Shown: positions 1-9,364 of the stretch, in pieces
Numbering within the stretch: the first letter of the stretch is position 1
Layout: each line of letters begins with the position of its first letter
From: an uncultured Acidimicrobiia bacterium
GTDB lineage: Bacteria > Actinomycetota > Acidimicrobiia > Acidimicrobiales > AC-14
Direction of reading: 5' to 3'
DNA: 64,000 nt
Assembly: GCA_963836205.1 (NCBI GenBank)
Contig: CAWIIV010000007.1
Span: 32,001-96,000 of the forward strand
Notes under the pieces: model-generated
The model's input: only the letters and a program-made list of their open reading frames with translations
Databases searched by the model: none
Told to the model about the DNA's origin: nothing
Program-made: the position numbers and the translations under genes

Positions 1-221
1 AAGGCCTGCTCGAAGGCACCGGGGGACGGCGCCGCGGTCGACGGCAGCACCGCCGAGGCGGCCGACCGGGCCCAGAAGGCGGACGGGGTGAGGTCGCGCC
101 CGTCGACGAACTCCTCGTCGCCGAAGCGGATCGACAGCGGCACCACCGTGATCCCGTGTTCCTTGACGACCGCCGCCGGAAGGTCGCAACTGCTGTCGGT
201 GACCACTCGCACGACGGCCAT
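1..221 (-). CDS. DegV family fatty-acid-binding protein (N-terminal part; runs off window)
   Basis: Manual translation from ATG at 221: MAVVRVVTDSSCDLP...GITVVPLSIRFGDEEFVDG...PSTAAPSPGAF, the typical DegV N-terminus (TDS..DL, T..PSPG). Starts 7 bp after the upstream stop. Confidence 0.9.
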   Translation of the reverse strand, partial: MAVVRVVTDSSCDLPAAVVKEHGITVVPLSIRFGDEEFVDGRDLTPSAFWARSAASAVLPSTAAPSPGAFEQA

Positions 222-227
222 GGATCG

Positions 228-2414
228 CTAGCCTCCTCCGAGGGTGCCCGGCGTGGGGAACGGCGGGGACTCGTTGTTGGGGTCCCCGGTGGCGGTGGAT
301 GGCGGCGCGTGGGGGGGACCAGGGACGGCTTGGACGGTAGTGCCCCCGGTGATGATGCGGAGCGGGGGAGGGGCGGGGGCCAGCTCCAGCCCTTCGAGCT
401 CCGACGGTTCCATCAGCCGCCGGGCCCGCCGGCCCTTCATGGAATGTCGTCCCCACCAGAGGGCGAGGAACAGGGCCGCCCCGATGGAGATGGCCAGCCC
501 CACGCCCGACGTGGCCGTGGAGCGGACGGTGAGCCGGGCCCGGCCCACGATGAGGTCGCCGTCGGGCGACTCCAGTGTGATGCGGATGGGGAAGGTGCCC
601 GACGTCCGGGCCACCACGGGGAAGCGGTGGGTGGTGTTGAGCCGGGTGAGGTCGATCTCCAGCCGGGCGCCGCCGGGGAAGTCGAGCTTGTCGCTCTCCA
701 TCCGCACCACCACCTTGACCGGGTGGCCGGTGTGGTTCTGGAACGTCACCGGGATCTCCCCCTCGCGGGAGGTGAGGGTGATCGACCGGTCCTGGGGCAT
801 GACGATGCCGCCCAGCTGCTCGTCGATGGCGTCGCCCACGCCGGCCAGGTAGGGCTCCCGTTGGCGGACGGAGCGGAAGTCGGCCGACTCGGTGACGAGC
901 AGTCGCTCGCCGAGGTTGCCCGACACCGCGTTGGTCGGCCCCAGGACGGAACCGAGGGCGTCGAGGCGGCGCCGCACGGAGCGGATCTCGTCGACCAGCC
1001 CGGTGAGGCTGCCCCCGGGGTCGACCACCGGCCGCCGGACGAGGGGTTCGCCCAGGTCGGTGGCGTCGGGCACGGTGGCGAACAGGTCGTCGAGGCCGAT
1101 GGCCGCCACCACCGGGTGGTTGGCCAGCCCCGCCCGGAAGGTGTCGAGGAACACCCGGTCGGGCTGCCACTCCCGGGGGGCGAGGGCCACCACGCCCCGA
1201 TCGTCGCCGGGCAGGTCGAGGTAGAGCACGGCCAGGTCGGCCAGCAGGTGGCTGGCCTGGAGGGCGGGGTTGGCCTTGCCTTCCTGGTCTGGGCCGGCGA
1301 AGTGGGCGGTCAGCCCCGCGTCGGCCGCCGCCCCGTGCACCGTCGACCGTTCGCCGTCGAGCTGGAACGGGCCGGTGAGGGTGACGAGCTGGTCCGGGAT
1401 GGGGCTGAGCCCGGCCTCGGTGGCCACCACCTGGTCGACGCCGTAGCGGCCGGCGAGCAGGTCGATCGAGGCCGCGTCGAGCGGTTCCTGGGCCACCCAC
1501 GTGCGGCTCACCGGCTCGGGCACCCGGAGGACCTCGCTCAGGGTCGTCGTCCCCCGCTCCATCTGCAGGGCGACCTCGTCGTCGAGGCCGGCGGCGCTGA
1601 GGGCGGGCAGGCTGACGGGGACGTAGGTGCCGCCGATGAGCGACCGGTCGGACACCGCTTCCCGGAGCGACGTGAGCACGACCCCCGCCCGGGGGTCGTT
1701 GCTTGCCACCAGGGAGGCCACCGTCTCCGGCGTGGGGACGAACGACACCGGCAGGCTGCCGGCGGCGTCGATGGCGAGCGCCAAGCCGGCCAGCTCGGTC
1801 TCGTCCGGGCGGCGGCGGGTGCCGTCGGGCTGGAGCGCGGGCTGGTCGTGGATGGGCAGGACGACGGCGACGCCCAGCTTGGGCCCGATGTGCTCGCCCG
1901 GCAGGTAGACGAGGTGGGTGACGAACTCGTCGAGCACGTCGAAGTCGTCGCGGTCGCGCAGCTCGACCCGAACCGGGTGGACGCCGTCGCGGAAGCCGAG
2001 GCCGGCGGTGACGGCCACCGAGTAGTCGCCGTTGGGCTCGGGGTTGAGTCCGCCGAGGGGGAACACCGCCACCGGCAGCTCCGGCTCGCCGAAGATGCGG
2101 TTCTCGAGCGTCTCCTGGAACTCCGACCGGAAGGCGACGGCGGCGTACACGCTCACCGCCACCTCCAGGTTCGAAGGCCCCGTCGGCCGGGTGACCTTGA
2201 AGCGCACGCCCCACTGCCCGTCGGCCACGGCCACGTACGGGGTCTGGGCCACGAAGTCGATCGCCCCCGTGCCCGTGCCCGTGCCTGTCGGCTGGGTGCG
2301 GGCGGCGGCGCGGGCGGCGGCGGCGGCGGTGGTGGTGGCGGCGGTGGTCGCCACGGCGAGGACGATCGCGGCGGCCACGAATGCGGACGCCGTCCGGCGG
2401 AGTTGCGTCGTCAC
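228..2414 (-). CDS. DUF6049-like secreted/membrane-anchored protein
   Basis: 728 aa, signal peptide, C-terminal Ig-like segment (ITLTSREGEIPVTFQN) and TM helix. Matches the conserved actinobacterial protein found near cca. Confidence 0.7.
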   Translation of the reverse strand: MTTQLRRTASAFVAAAIVLAVATTAATTTAAAAARAAARTQPTGTGTGTGAIDFVAQTPYVAVADGQWGVRFKVTRPTGPSNLEVAVSVYAAVAFRSEFQETLENRIFGEPELPVAVFPLGGLNPEPNGDYSVAVTAGLGFRDGVHPVRVELRDRDDFDVLDEFVTHLVYLPGEHIGPKLGVAVVLPIHDQPALQPDGTRRRPDETELAGLALAIDAAGSLPVSFVPTPETVASLVASNDPRAGVVLTSLREAVSDRSLIGGTYVPVSLPALSAAGLDDEVALQMERGTTTLSEVLRVPEPVSRTWVAQEPLDAASIDLLAGRYGVDQVVATEAGLSPIPDQLVTLTGPFQLDGERSTVHGAAADAGLTAHFAGPDQEGKANPALQASHLLADLAVLYLDLPGDDRGVVALAPREWQPDRVFLDTFRAGLANHPVVAAIGLDDLFATVPDATDLGEPLVRRPVVDPGGSLTGLVDEIRSVRRRLDALGSVLGPTNAVSGNLGERLLVTESADFRSVRQREPYLAGVGDAIDEQLGGIVMPQDRSITLTSREGEIPVTFQNHTGHPVKVVVRMESDKLDFPGGARLEIDLTRLNTTHRFPVVARTSGTFPIRITLESPDGDLIVGRARLTVRSTATSGVGLAISIGAALFLALWWGRHSMKGRRARRLMEPSELEGLELAPAPPPLRIITGGTTVQAVPGPPHAPPSTATGDPNNESPPFPTPGTLGGG

Positions 2415-3145
2415 GGCACCAGGCTGCGGTGAAGGACGGCCAGGTTGGACGGCTCCTCCCGGAAGCCGATGCGGACGTAGAGGGCCAGGGCGGCATCGTT
2501 GCCGAACTGGGTGTTGACCACCGCCCGCTGGACGCCCCGTCGCCGCAGCCAGCGCAGGCCGTCGAGGGCCAGGGCCCGGCCCACGCCCGTGCGCCGGGCG
2601 CCGACGGCCACCGCCAGCCGCTGGAGGTAGCCCTGGTCACCGGCCCGGCCGGTGATGGCGTAGCCCGCGATCCACCGGCCCCCTCCGCCGGTGGCGACCC
2701 GGAATCGGGTGGACGGGGTGGCGGTGAGGGCCTCCTCCAGCCCGGCCCGATCGAGCCGCCAGAAGGGGCTGAAGGAGCCGGCGTCGACGTCGAGGATCGT
2801 GTCGTAGTCGGCCGGGGCCGCCTTGCGCAGGTGGTGGGGGCCGACCGCGGGCCGGTAGGGAACGCCGACCAGGTCGTGGCCCAGGAAGCGGAGGTGCTCG
2901 TGGGGAAGGAACCCGACCGCGAGGAACGGGCGCTGCTCGCTGCCGGCCAGGGCCGAGGTGATGACCTGGGTGTAGCCCCGGTCGGCGAGCTGGTCGAGGC
3001 ATCGGAGGAGGAAGTCGGCCGAGGGCGGCGGATCGTAGGGGAGGGGGGCGAGGTAGGCCACGTGACCGTCGCCGCGCCACGGGCCGGCGCGGGCCCGCTC
3101 CCGGCCCCATTCCAGGACCTCGGTCGTGACGGTCATCGGTGCCAT
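2411..3145 (-). CDS. GNAT family N-acetyltransferase
   Basis: GYLQRLAV..ARRTGVGRAL (acetyl-CoA motif A) and NTQFGNDAALALYVRIGF (motif B). Start at 3145 or 3136. Overlaps the next gene by 4 bp. Confidence 0.85.
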   Translation of the reverse strand: MAPMTVTTEVLEWGRERARAGPWRGDGHVAYLAPLPYDPPPSADFLLRCLDQLADRGYTQVITSALAGSEQRPFLAVGFLPHEHLRFLGHDLVGVPYRPAVGPHHLRKAAPADYDTILDVDAGSFSPFWRLDRAGLEEALTATPSTRFRVATGGGGRWIAGYAITGRAGDQGYLQRLAVAVGARRTGVGRALALDGLRWLRRRGVQRAVVNTQFGNDAALALYVRIGFREEPSNLAVLHRSLVP

Positions 3146-3212
3146 CGAGGATACCGGCGGGCGACCGGAGAGCATCGGTCGCCGCCGATCGCCGCCCCCG
3201 CCCACCCCCCCT

Positions 3213-3257
3213 TTGGGTGTGCAGTCGTGTCGGTATATCCACCACAACCGCACAACC
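3213..3257. repeat. imperfect inverted repeat (REP-like hairpin)
   Basis: GGTGTGCAGTCGTG...CACAACCGCACAACC in the divergent intergenic region. Confidence 0.4.
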
Positions 3258-3293
3258 AACCGTGCGAACGGAGTTCCCGGAGACGGCGGTCGG

Positions 3294-3309
3294 TAGCGTT
3301 GTCGCCATG
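3294..3309 (+). promoter_or_regulatory. -10 box TAGCGT with ATG 7 nt downstream (leaderless-type start; probable 5' exon)
   Basis: TANNNT at 3294-3299, ATG at 3307-3309, no Shine-Dalgarno in between. Confidence 0.55.
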
Positions 3310-5267
3310 TTGCGTCCTGAGAACTGGACCAGACCAGCGGGTGCGAGTCCCGCCCGGGTAATCGCCGGAGAGCCCGGTAGCAGGCCCCGGTTCGTCGCCG
3401 AGAGGCGGCGGGCTGAGCGGGGCGTCAAGAGCCTCTTTGGAGGGAGCAAGCGTGCGGGCCGTAGTGCCACCAGGCGCGAGTCCTGCAGCCTCGTCAAACG
3501 CACAACGGGGGAGCCGAGCCGCTCATGTCACGGCGAAGGCCACGTCCGACCGACTGGCGTTCCGGACACGCCCCTGGTCGGGTCCCCTCGGGGTACGGGG
3601 AGCGGCACGTACGCACGGTCAGGTTCGGAACAGGAGAGACCCGTCTGCGCAGCCTCGTCAGCAAAGACCGCTCGTATAAGCCAGTGGTGAAATCGAGCGG
3701 AGCGCAGCGGGAGTCCGACGGGGTCGTAGTACCGCTGATCGCCGGGATGAACCCGGCGGGAGGGAAGGGCCCCGACTTCGGTCACGCCGGAGACGGAAGT
3801 AAGCGCCAGGGCATGGCCGGGAACGCCCGGCCCAACTCCCCCGGCGGGCAGCCGCCCACCGACAACGTGCGAAAACTCCAGAACCGGCTATGGGCTGCGG
3901 CCAAGCAGTCTCCGGGTCGCCGCTTCCACGCCCTGTTCGACCGAATCCACCGCAGTGACGTGCTGTGGACGGCGTGGGAGCGGGTGCGAGCCAATCGTGG
4001 CGCCGCCGGGGTCGATCGACTGACCCTGGAGGCGGTGGAGGACTACGGGGTCGGGCGCGTGCTCGACGAGCTTTCCCGTGACCTCCGTGCAGGCACCTAC
4101 CGCCCGTCGCCTGTTCGGCGGGTGGAGATCCCCAAGCCCGACGGCCGGATGCGGCCCCTGGGCATCCCCACCGTGCGCGACCGGGTGTGCCAGGCGGCAG
4201 CCAAGATCGTCCTCGAACCCATCTTCGAGGCCGACTTCCTGCCGACCGAGCTTCGGTTTCCGACCGAAGCGCTCGGCCACCGACGCCCTGGAAGCCATCC
4301 GGGTGTCCTTCCCCCGAGGACGGCAGTTCGTCTTCGAGGCCGACATCCGCGACTTCTTCGGCCAGATCGACCACGACAGGCTGCTGTCACTGGTCGGCGA
4401 GCGCGTGTCGGACCGGCGGGTGCTCAAGCTCATCCGCCAGTGGCTGCGTGCCGGGGTGCTGGTCGAGGGGGTGCGCTCCGAGACGGTCACGGGCACGCCC
4501 CAGGGCGGGGTCATCTCCCCGCTGCTGGCCAACATCTACCTGCACGCCTTCGACCGGTCCTGGGCCGAGTCCGGCACCGGCGAGCTCGTCCGTTACGCGG
4601 ACGACTTCGTGGTGCTGTGCACGACCCGCAGCCAGGCCGAGACGGCCCAGGCCAGGGCGGCGGCCCTGCTGGGTGATCTCGGCCTGAGCCTGCACCCGGA
4701 CAAGACCCGTGTGGTCGACCTCCGGGAGGGCAAGGAGGGCTTCGACTTCCTGGGTTGTCATCTTCACGCCCGCATGTCGGGCCGGTTGTGGGAACAGCAG
4801 CGGGTCATCCGCTACTACCTCCACCGCTGGCCGTCGCAGCGGTCGATGAAGCGGGCACGACAGCGGGTCAAGGCCCTCACCGGCCGGAACCGGGTCGGCA
4901 TGGAGTTGGAGGACGTGATCTACGACCTCAACCTGTTCCTGCGGGGGTGGGGCAACTACTTCCGCACCGGCAACGCGGCGAATAAGTTCGTCTCCCTCGA
5001 CCGACACGTCGTGTGGCGGCTCAAGCGCTTGCTCATCAAGAAGCGGGGCCGCAACCTACGGGCAGGCCAGGCAGACTGCTGGACCCGCACCTGGTTCCAC
5101 GGCCAGGGCCTGCATCAGCTCATGGGCACCATTCGCTACCCGAAGGCGTCGTAACCATGTCCAGAAGATCGTCGGAAAGCCGTATGCGGGAAAACCGCAC
5201 GTACGGATTGAAAGGGGGATGGGGAAACGTGCTGGCCTTGCCGGCAACGCGCCCCTGACTACCAATG
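3310..5267 (+). mobile_element. group II intron (IIB-like ribozyme plus RT/maturase ORF) inserted at the start codon of the deacetylase gene
   Basis: 5' TTGCG at 3310. Domain V AAAGCCGTATGCGGGAAAACCGCACGTACGGATT at 5176-5209 (AGC triad, AC bulge). Domain VI with candidate bulged A5261. Removing 3310-5267 (or 3309-5266) restores GCC-ATG-GCT-GTG in frame. Confidence 0.92.
3813..5154 (+). pseudogene. ltrA: group II intron reverse transcriptase/maturase, no endonuclease domain, one +1 frameshift near 4248
   Basis: RT0 (AWERVRANRGAAGVD), RPLGIPTVRDR, (S)FGFRP, EADIRDFF, GTPQGGVISPLLANIYL, RYADD, FDFLG and X domain (LRGWGNYF), split across ORFs 3525-4676 and 4078-5154. Confidence 0.9.
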
Positions 5268-6266
5268 GCTGTGCTGGTCGAGAGCTCGCCGGCGTGCAAG
5301 GGGCACCGTCCCGGCGGGGGCCATCCGGAGCGTCCCGAGCGGCTCGACGCGGTGCTCGCCGGCGTGCGTTCGTCGCCGGTGGCGGACGCGGTGGTGTGGG
5401 CCGAGCCCCGGGTGGCCACGTTCGACGAACTGGCCCGGGTGCACCGGCCGGCCCTGGTCCAGGGCCTCGAGCGGTTCGTGGCCGGCGGTGGGGGATGGAT
5501 CGACCCCGACACCGCCGCCTTTCCCGGCTCCTGGGACGCCGCCCTGCGGGCCGCCGGCTCCGGCCTCGACGCTGTCGAGCGTCTCGAACGGGGGGAGGCC
5601 GACGCCGCCTTCTGCGTGGTCCGGCCACCCGGCCACCACGCCACCCCCACCGAGCCAATGGGGTTCTGCCTGTTCAACAACGTGGCCGTGTGCGCGGCCG
5701 CCCTGGCCGAGCGCGGCGAGCGGGTGGCGATCCTCGACTGGGACGTCCATCACGGAAACGGCACCCAGGACGCCTTCTACGCCGACGGCCGCATCCTCTA
5801 CGTGTCCACCCACCAGTCGCCCTTCTATCCCGGCACCGGTCGCTTGACCGAGACGGGCACGGGTGACGGGGAGGGACTCACCGTCAACCTCCCCTTCCCG
5901 GCGGGGACGACGGGCGACGCCTACCGGGCCGCCTTCGACGAGGTCGTCGGGCCGGTGGCCGAGCGCTTCGCCCCCACGTGGGTGCTCATCTCCCTCGGCT
6001 TCGACGCCCACCGGGCCGATCCGCTGGCTTCGCTGGCCCTCTCCTCCGGTGACTACGGGTGGCTCGTCGCCCGATCCGTCGCGGTGGCGCCCGCCGCCGG
6101 CCGCACCATCGCCTTCCTGGAGGGCGGCTACGACCTCGACGCCCTCACCGCGTCGGCCGCGGCCTCGGTGTCGGCCCTCGACGGTGTCGTCCACGACCCG
6201 GAGGCACCCACCACCGGCGGTCCCGGGCGCGACGTGGTCGCCGCCGCCCGCCGGCTACATACCTGA
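5265..6266 (+). CDS. histone deacetylase family (Zn-dependent deacetylase)
   Basis: [47 protein letters not shown]. Confidence 0.95.
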   Translation: MAVLVESSPACKGHRPGGGHPERPERLDAVLAGVRSSPVADAVVWAEPRVATFDELARVHRPALVQGLERFVAGGGGWIDPDTAAFPGSWDAALRAAGSGLDAVERLERGEADAAFCVVRPPGHHATPTEPMGFCLFNNVAVCAAALAERGERVAILDWDVHHGNGTQDAFYADGRILYVSTHQSPFYPGTGRLTETGTGDGEGLTVNLPFPAGTTGDAYRAAFDEVVGPVAERFAPTWVLISLGFDAHRADPLASLALSSGDYGWLVARSVAVAPAAGRTIAFLEGGYDLDALTASAAASVSALDGVVHDPEAPTTGGPGRDVVAAARRLHT

Positions 6267-6319
6267 GAGCGGCATACCCGAGAGCAGCCGGGGGCCGGGC
6301 CGGTACCGTCGTTGTCACC

Positions 6320-7711
6320 ATGGTCCCCGAGCGGCTGCAGCCGCTTCTCGACGACACCGCTCCCCTCGCCGAGCGCTTCGCGGCCGCCGGTCACCGCCTG
6401 TACCTGGTCGGCGGCAGCGTCCGCGATGCCATCCTCGGCCGCCCGTTCACCCAGGACTTCGACTTCACCACCGACGCCCGGCCCGACGCCATCGAGGCCA
6501 TGCTCCGGGGCTGGGCCGACTCCATCTGGGACCAGGGCCGGCGCTTCGGCACCATCGGCGCCAACAAGGACGGGGTCGTCTACGAGATCACCACCCACCG
6601 GGCCGAGGCCTACTCCCCCGACTCCCGCAAGCCGGAGGTGGCGTTCGCCGACGCGGTCGAAGCCGACCTCGCCCGGCGCGACTTCACGGTCAACGCCATG
6701 GCGCTGGAGCTGGGGGCGGGCGGCCGGGCCGAGCTCATCGACCCCTTCGGGGGACTGGGCGACCTCGCCGGCCACCGCCTGCGCACGCCATTGTCGCCGG
6801 AGGAGTCGTTCACCGACGATCCCCTGCGCATGCTTCGGGCGGCCCGGTTCATCGCCGGCTACGGCCTGGCGCCCGCGCCCGAGCTGGTCGACGCCGTCCG
6901 CCGCTTCCGGGGCCGCATGGAGATCGTGTCCCCCGAGCGCATCCGGGGCGAGCTCGACAAGCTCATGGTGGTCGACGAGCCGGGTGAGGGCCTGTGGTTC
7001 CTGGTCAACACCGGCCTGTCCGACGAGTTCATGCCCGAGCTGCGGGCCCTGTCCCTGGAGCAGGACCCCATCCACCGCCACAAGGACGTGCTGGCCCACA
7101 CGATCGCCGTGGTCGAGAAGACCAGCCCCGACAAGATCCTGCGCCTGGCCGCCCTCCTGCACGACATCGGCAAGCCCAAGACCCGCTCCATCGGTCCGGA
7201 GGGCGTGTCCTTCCACCACCACGAGGTGGTCGGGGCCCGTATGGCCGACACCCGGCTGCGGGCCCTGCGCTACCCGATGGACGAGATCGCCGACATCACC
7301 CGGCTGGTCGAGCTCCACCTGCGCTTCCACGGTTTCGGCACCGGCTGGAGCGACAGCGCGGTGCGCCGCTACGCCCGCGACGCGGGACCGCTGCTGGAGA
7401 AGCTGAACGAGCTCACCCGTTGCGATTGCACCACCCGCAACAAGCGCCGGGCGGAGGAGCTGGCCCGGCGGATGGACGTGCTGGAGGAGCGCATCGCCTA
7501 CCTGCGGGAGCAGGAGGAGCTCGACGCCATCCGCCCCGACCTCGACGGCAACCAGATCATGGAGCACCTCGGCATCGGCCCCAGCCGCGACGTGGGCCGG
7601 GCCCGCGACTTCCTCCTCGAGCTGCGCCTGGAGGAAGGCCCCCTCGGCGAGGACGAGGCCCGCCGCCGCCTCGACGCGTGGTGGAAGTCCCAGCCCGCTA
7701 CGAACCGGTGA
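6320..7711 (+). CDS. cca: CCA tRNA nucleotidyltransferase with HD domain
   Basis: LVGGSVRD..DFDFTT, DLARRDFTVNAMA, DDPLRMLRAARF, LLHDIGKP, CTTRN. Confidence 0.92.
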   Translation: MVPERLQPLLDDTAPLAERFAAAGHRLYLVGGSVRDAILGRPFTQDFDFTTDARPDAIEAMLRGWADSIWDQGRRFGTIGANKDGVVYEITTHRAEAYSPDSRKPEVAFADAVEADLARRDFTVNAMALELGAGGRAELIDPFGGLGDLAGHRLRTPLSPEESFTDDPLRMLRAARFIAGYGLAPAPELVDAVRRFRGRMEIVSPERIRGELDKLMVVDEPGEGLWFLVNTGLSDEFMPELRALSLEQDPIHRHKDVLAHTIAVVEKTSPDKILRLAALLHDIGKPKTRSIGPEGVSFHHHEVVGARMADTRLRALRYPMDEIADITRLVELHLRFHGFGTGWSDSAVRRYARDAGPLLEKLNELTRCDCTTRNKRRAEELARRMDVLEERIAYLREQEELDAIRPDLDGNQIMEHLGIGPSRDVGRARDFLLELRLEEGPLGEDEARRRLDAWWKSQPATNR

Positions 7712-8038
7712 CACCGAGGGCCATCGCCCGAGCGAACCGGTGACGTTTCGGCCGTCCAGCGACCTTTTGCGTCCCCAGTTGGGCCTGAACACCGGCGTCC
7801 CCTCGGCTCCAACACCCCTTCGCCGTCCTCGGCACCTCACCAGCGCCGCGGCCCCGTGTAGTTGCCCGCAAACCATCGGCGCGCTCGGAGATCCGCAAAC
7901 TCCTGGCTGCGTCACGGCAGGAGGCGCAAATCGAAGGTTGCGTGTCGCGAGGCCTCGCCCCCACACAAGTCGTGCCGGGGCTCGGGCTCCTCCGCGGTCC
8001 TGCTGTGCGGACCCCCGGGCCGGTGGCATCATCGGGGC

Positions 8039-9187
8039 TTGTCCGCCGCGCCCCGCCTCGCCGACCTGAGCTCCGACACGCCAGGCGTCCTTCCCAGCCA
8101 GTTGCTGGCGGAGGCGGTCGACGCCGGCTACCTCGACGCCGGTGAGCTCCGCATCTCCCGGGAGAGCATCCAGCCGGCGAGCCTCGACCTGCGTCTCGGG
8201 GAGAGCGCCTTCCGGATCCGGTGCAGTTTCCTGCCCGGGGCGGACACGGTCGAGCGCAAGGTCAAGGACTACGTCTTCGACGAGCTCGATCTCCGGCGGG
8301 ACGGAGCAGTCCTCGAGACCAACCGGCCGTACCTCATCCCCCTGGCGGAACGGCTCGACCTCCCACCGCACATCCGGGGCAAGGCCAACCCCAAGAGCTC
8401 GACCGGCCGGGTCGACGTCTTCACCCGGGTGATCACCGACCACGGCCACCGCTTCGACGAGATCGCCCCCGGCTACAAGGGCCCGCTCTACCTGGAGGTC
8501 GTGCCCCTCTCGTTCCCCATCCGGGTGAAGCAGCACCTGTCCCTCAACCAACTCCGCCTCATGGTCGGCCGCTCGACGCTCACCGACGAAGAACTGGCCG
8601 CCCGCCACCACGCCGAGCCCATCCTCTTCCGCGGTGGCCGCCCGACCCCGAGAGAGGACTTCGAGACCGCCAACGGGCTGTTCCTCAGCCTCGACCTCGA
8701 GGGCGACAAGGGCCAGCAGGTCGGGCATCGGGCGAGGAGCAACGCCGATCTGCTCGACATGTCCGGCATCGGCGCCCACCAGGTGGAGGACTACTGGGAG
8801 CCGGTGCGAAGTGAGGAGGGGGCCCGCCTCGTCCTCCAGCCGGAGCGCTTCTACCTGCTGCTTTCCGACGAGAGCGTGATGGTGCCGCCCGACCTGGCCG
8901 CGGAGATGACGGCCTACGACCCCACCAGCGGCGAACTGCGCACCCACTACGCAGGGTTCTTCGACCCCGGCTTCGGCTACGACCCCGCCGCCGGCCTCAA
9001 GGGCTCACGGGCGGCCCTGGAGGTGCGGGCCCACGACGTCCCGTTCATGATCGAGCACCGCCAAAAGGTGTGCAAGCTCACGTTCGAGAAGATGATCGCC
9101 CCCCCGGCCAAGCTCTACGGCTCCGGCATCGGCTCCAACTACCAGGGCCAGATGGAGACCCTCGGCAAGCACTTCCGCCGGGACTGA
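8039..9187 (+). CDS. dcd: 2'-deoxycytidine 5'-triphosphate deaminase (long two-domain type)
   Basis: IQPASLDLRLG, NPKSSTGR.D, GELRTHYAGFFDPGFG, LEVRAHDVPF, YG...GSNYQGQ. Start TTG 8039 is approximate. Confidence 0.88.
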   Translation: MSAAPRLADLSSDTPGVLPSQLLAEAVDAGYLDAGELRISRESIQPASLDLRLGESAFRIRCSFLPGADTVERKVKDYVFDELDLRRDGAVLETNRPYLIPLAERLDLPPHIRGKANPKSSTGRVDVFTRVITDHGHRFDEIAPGYKGPLYLEVVPLSFPIRVKQHLSLNQLRLMVGRSTLTDEELAARHHAEPILFRGGRPTPREDFETANGLFLSLDLEGDKGQQVGHRARSNADLLDMSGIGAHQVEDYWEPVRSEEGARLVLQPERFYLLLSDESVMVPPDLAAEMTAYDPTSGELRTHYAGFFDPGFGYDPAAGLKGSRAALEVRAHDVPFMIEHRQKVCKLTFEKMIAPPAKLYGSGIGSNYQGQMETLGKHFRRD

Positions 9188-9364
9188 CTCCGCCTGGCCG
9201 CCCGCGTCAGCGGGCGACGACCAAGGCAGCCACCTCGGCCGGGTCGACCAATCGAACCCGTGGTCACGCTCGGAGGTGGTCTCTCGGTGACGGATGGCCA
9301 GGAAGATCGCCGCACCCGGAACGCCCGTCAGCCGGACGGCCTCCGTGACCTTCACCCGGTCGTG

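Noticed and set aside
156-2432. Long antisense or alternate-frame ORFs (e.g. 156-2432 +, 6128-8947 -, 12898-15849 -, 42541-45558 -, and the 5' part of 49075-53178 -)
   Set aside because: Shadow ORFs typical of high-GC DNA. They overlap well-supported genes and have no motifs.
3262-3266. GTGCG as the canonical intron 5' end
   Set aside because: It lies upstream of the -10/ATG and would not rebuild a sensible start. The TTGCG at 3310 gives exact in-frame restoration.
3813-5154. RT as retron, DGR, CRISPR-RT or defence RT
   Set aside because: It has RT0, an X domain and downstream domains V and VI, so it is a group II intron protein.
7860-7935. c-di-GMP-I riboswitch-like GCAAACC...GCAAA pattern upstream of dcd
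   Set aside because: The GNRA-capped P2 stem and tetraloop receptor are not present. An Infernal search would be needed to rescue it.
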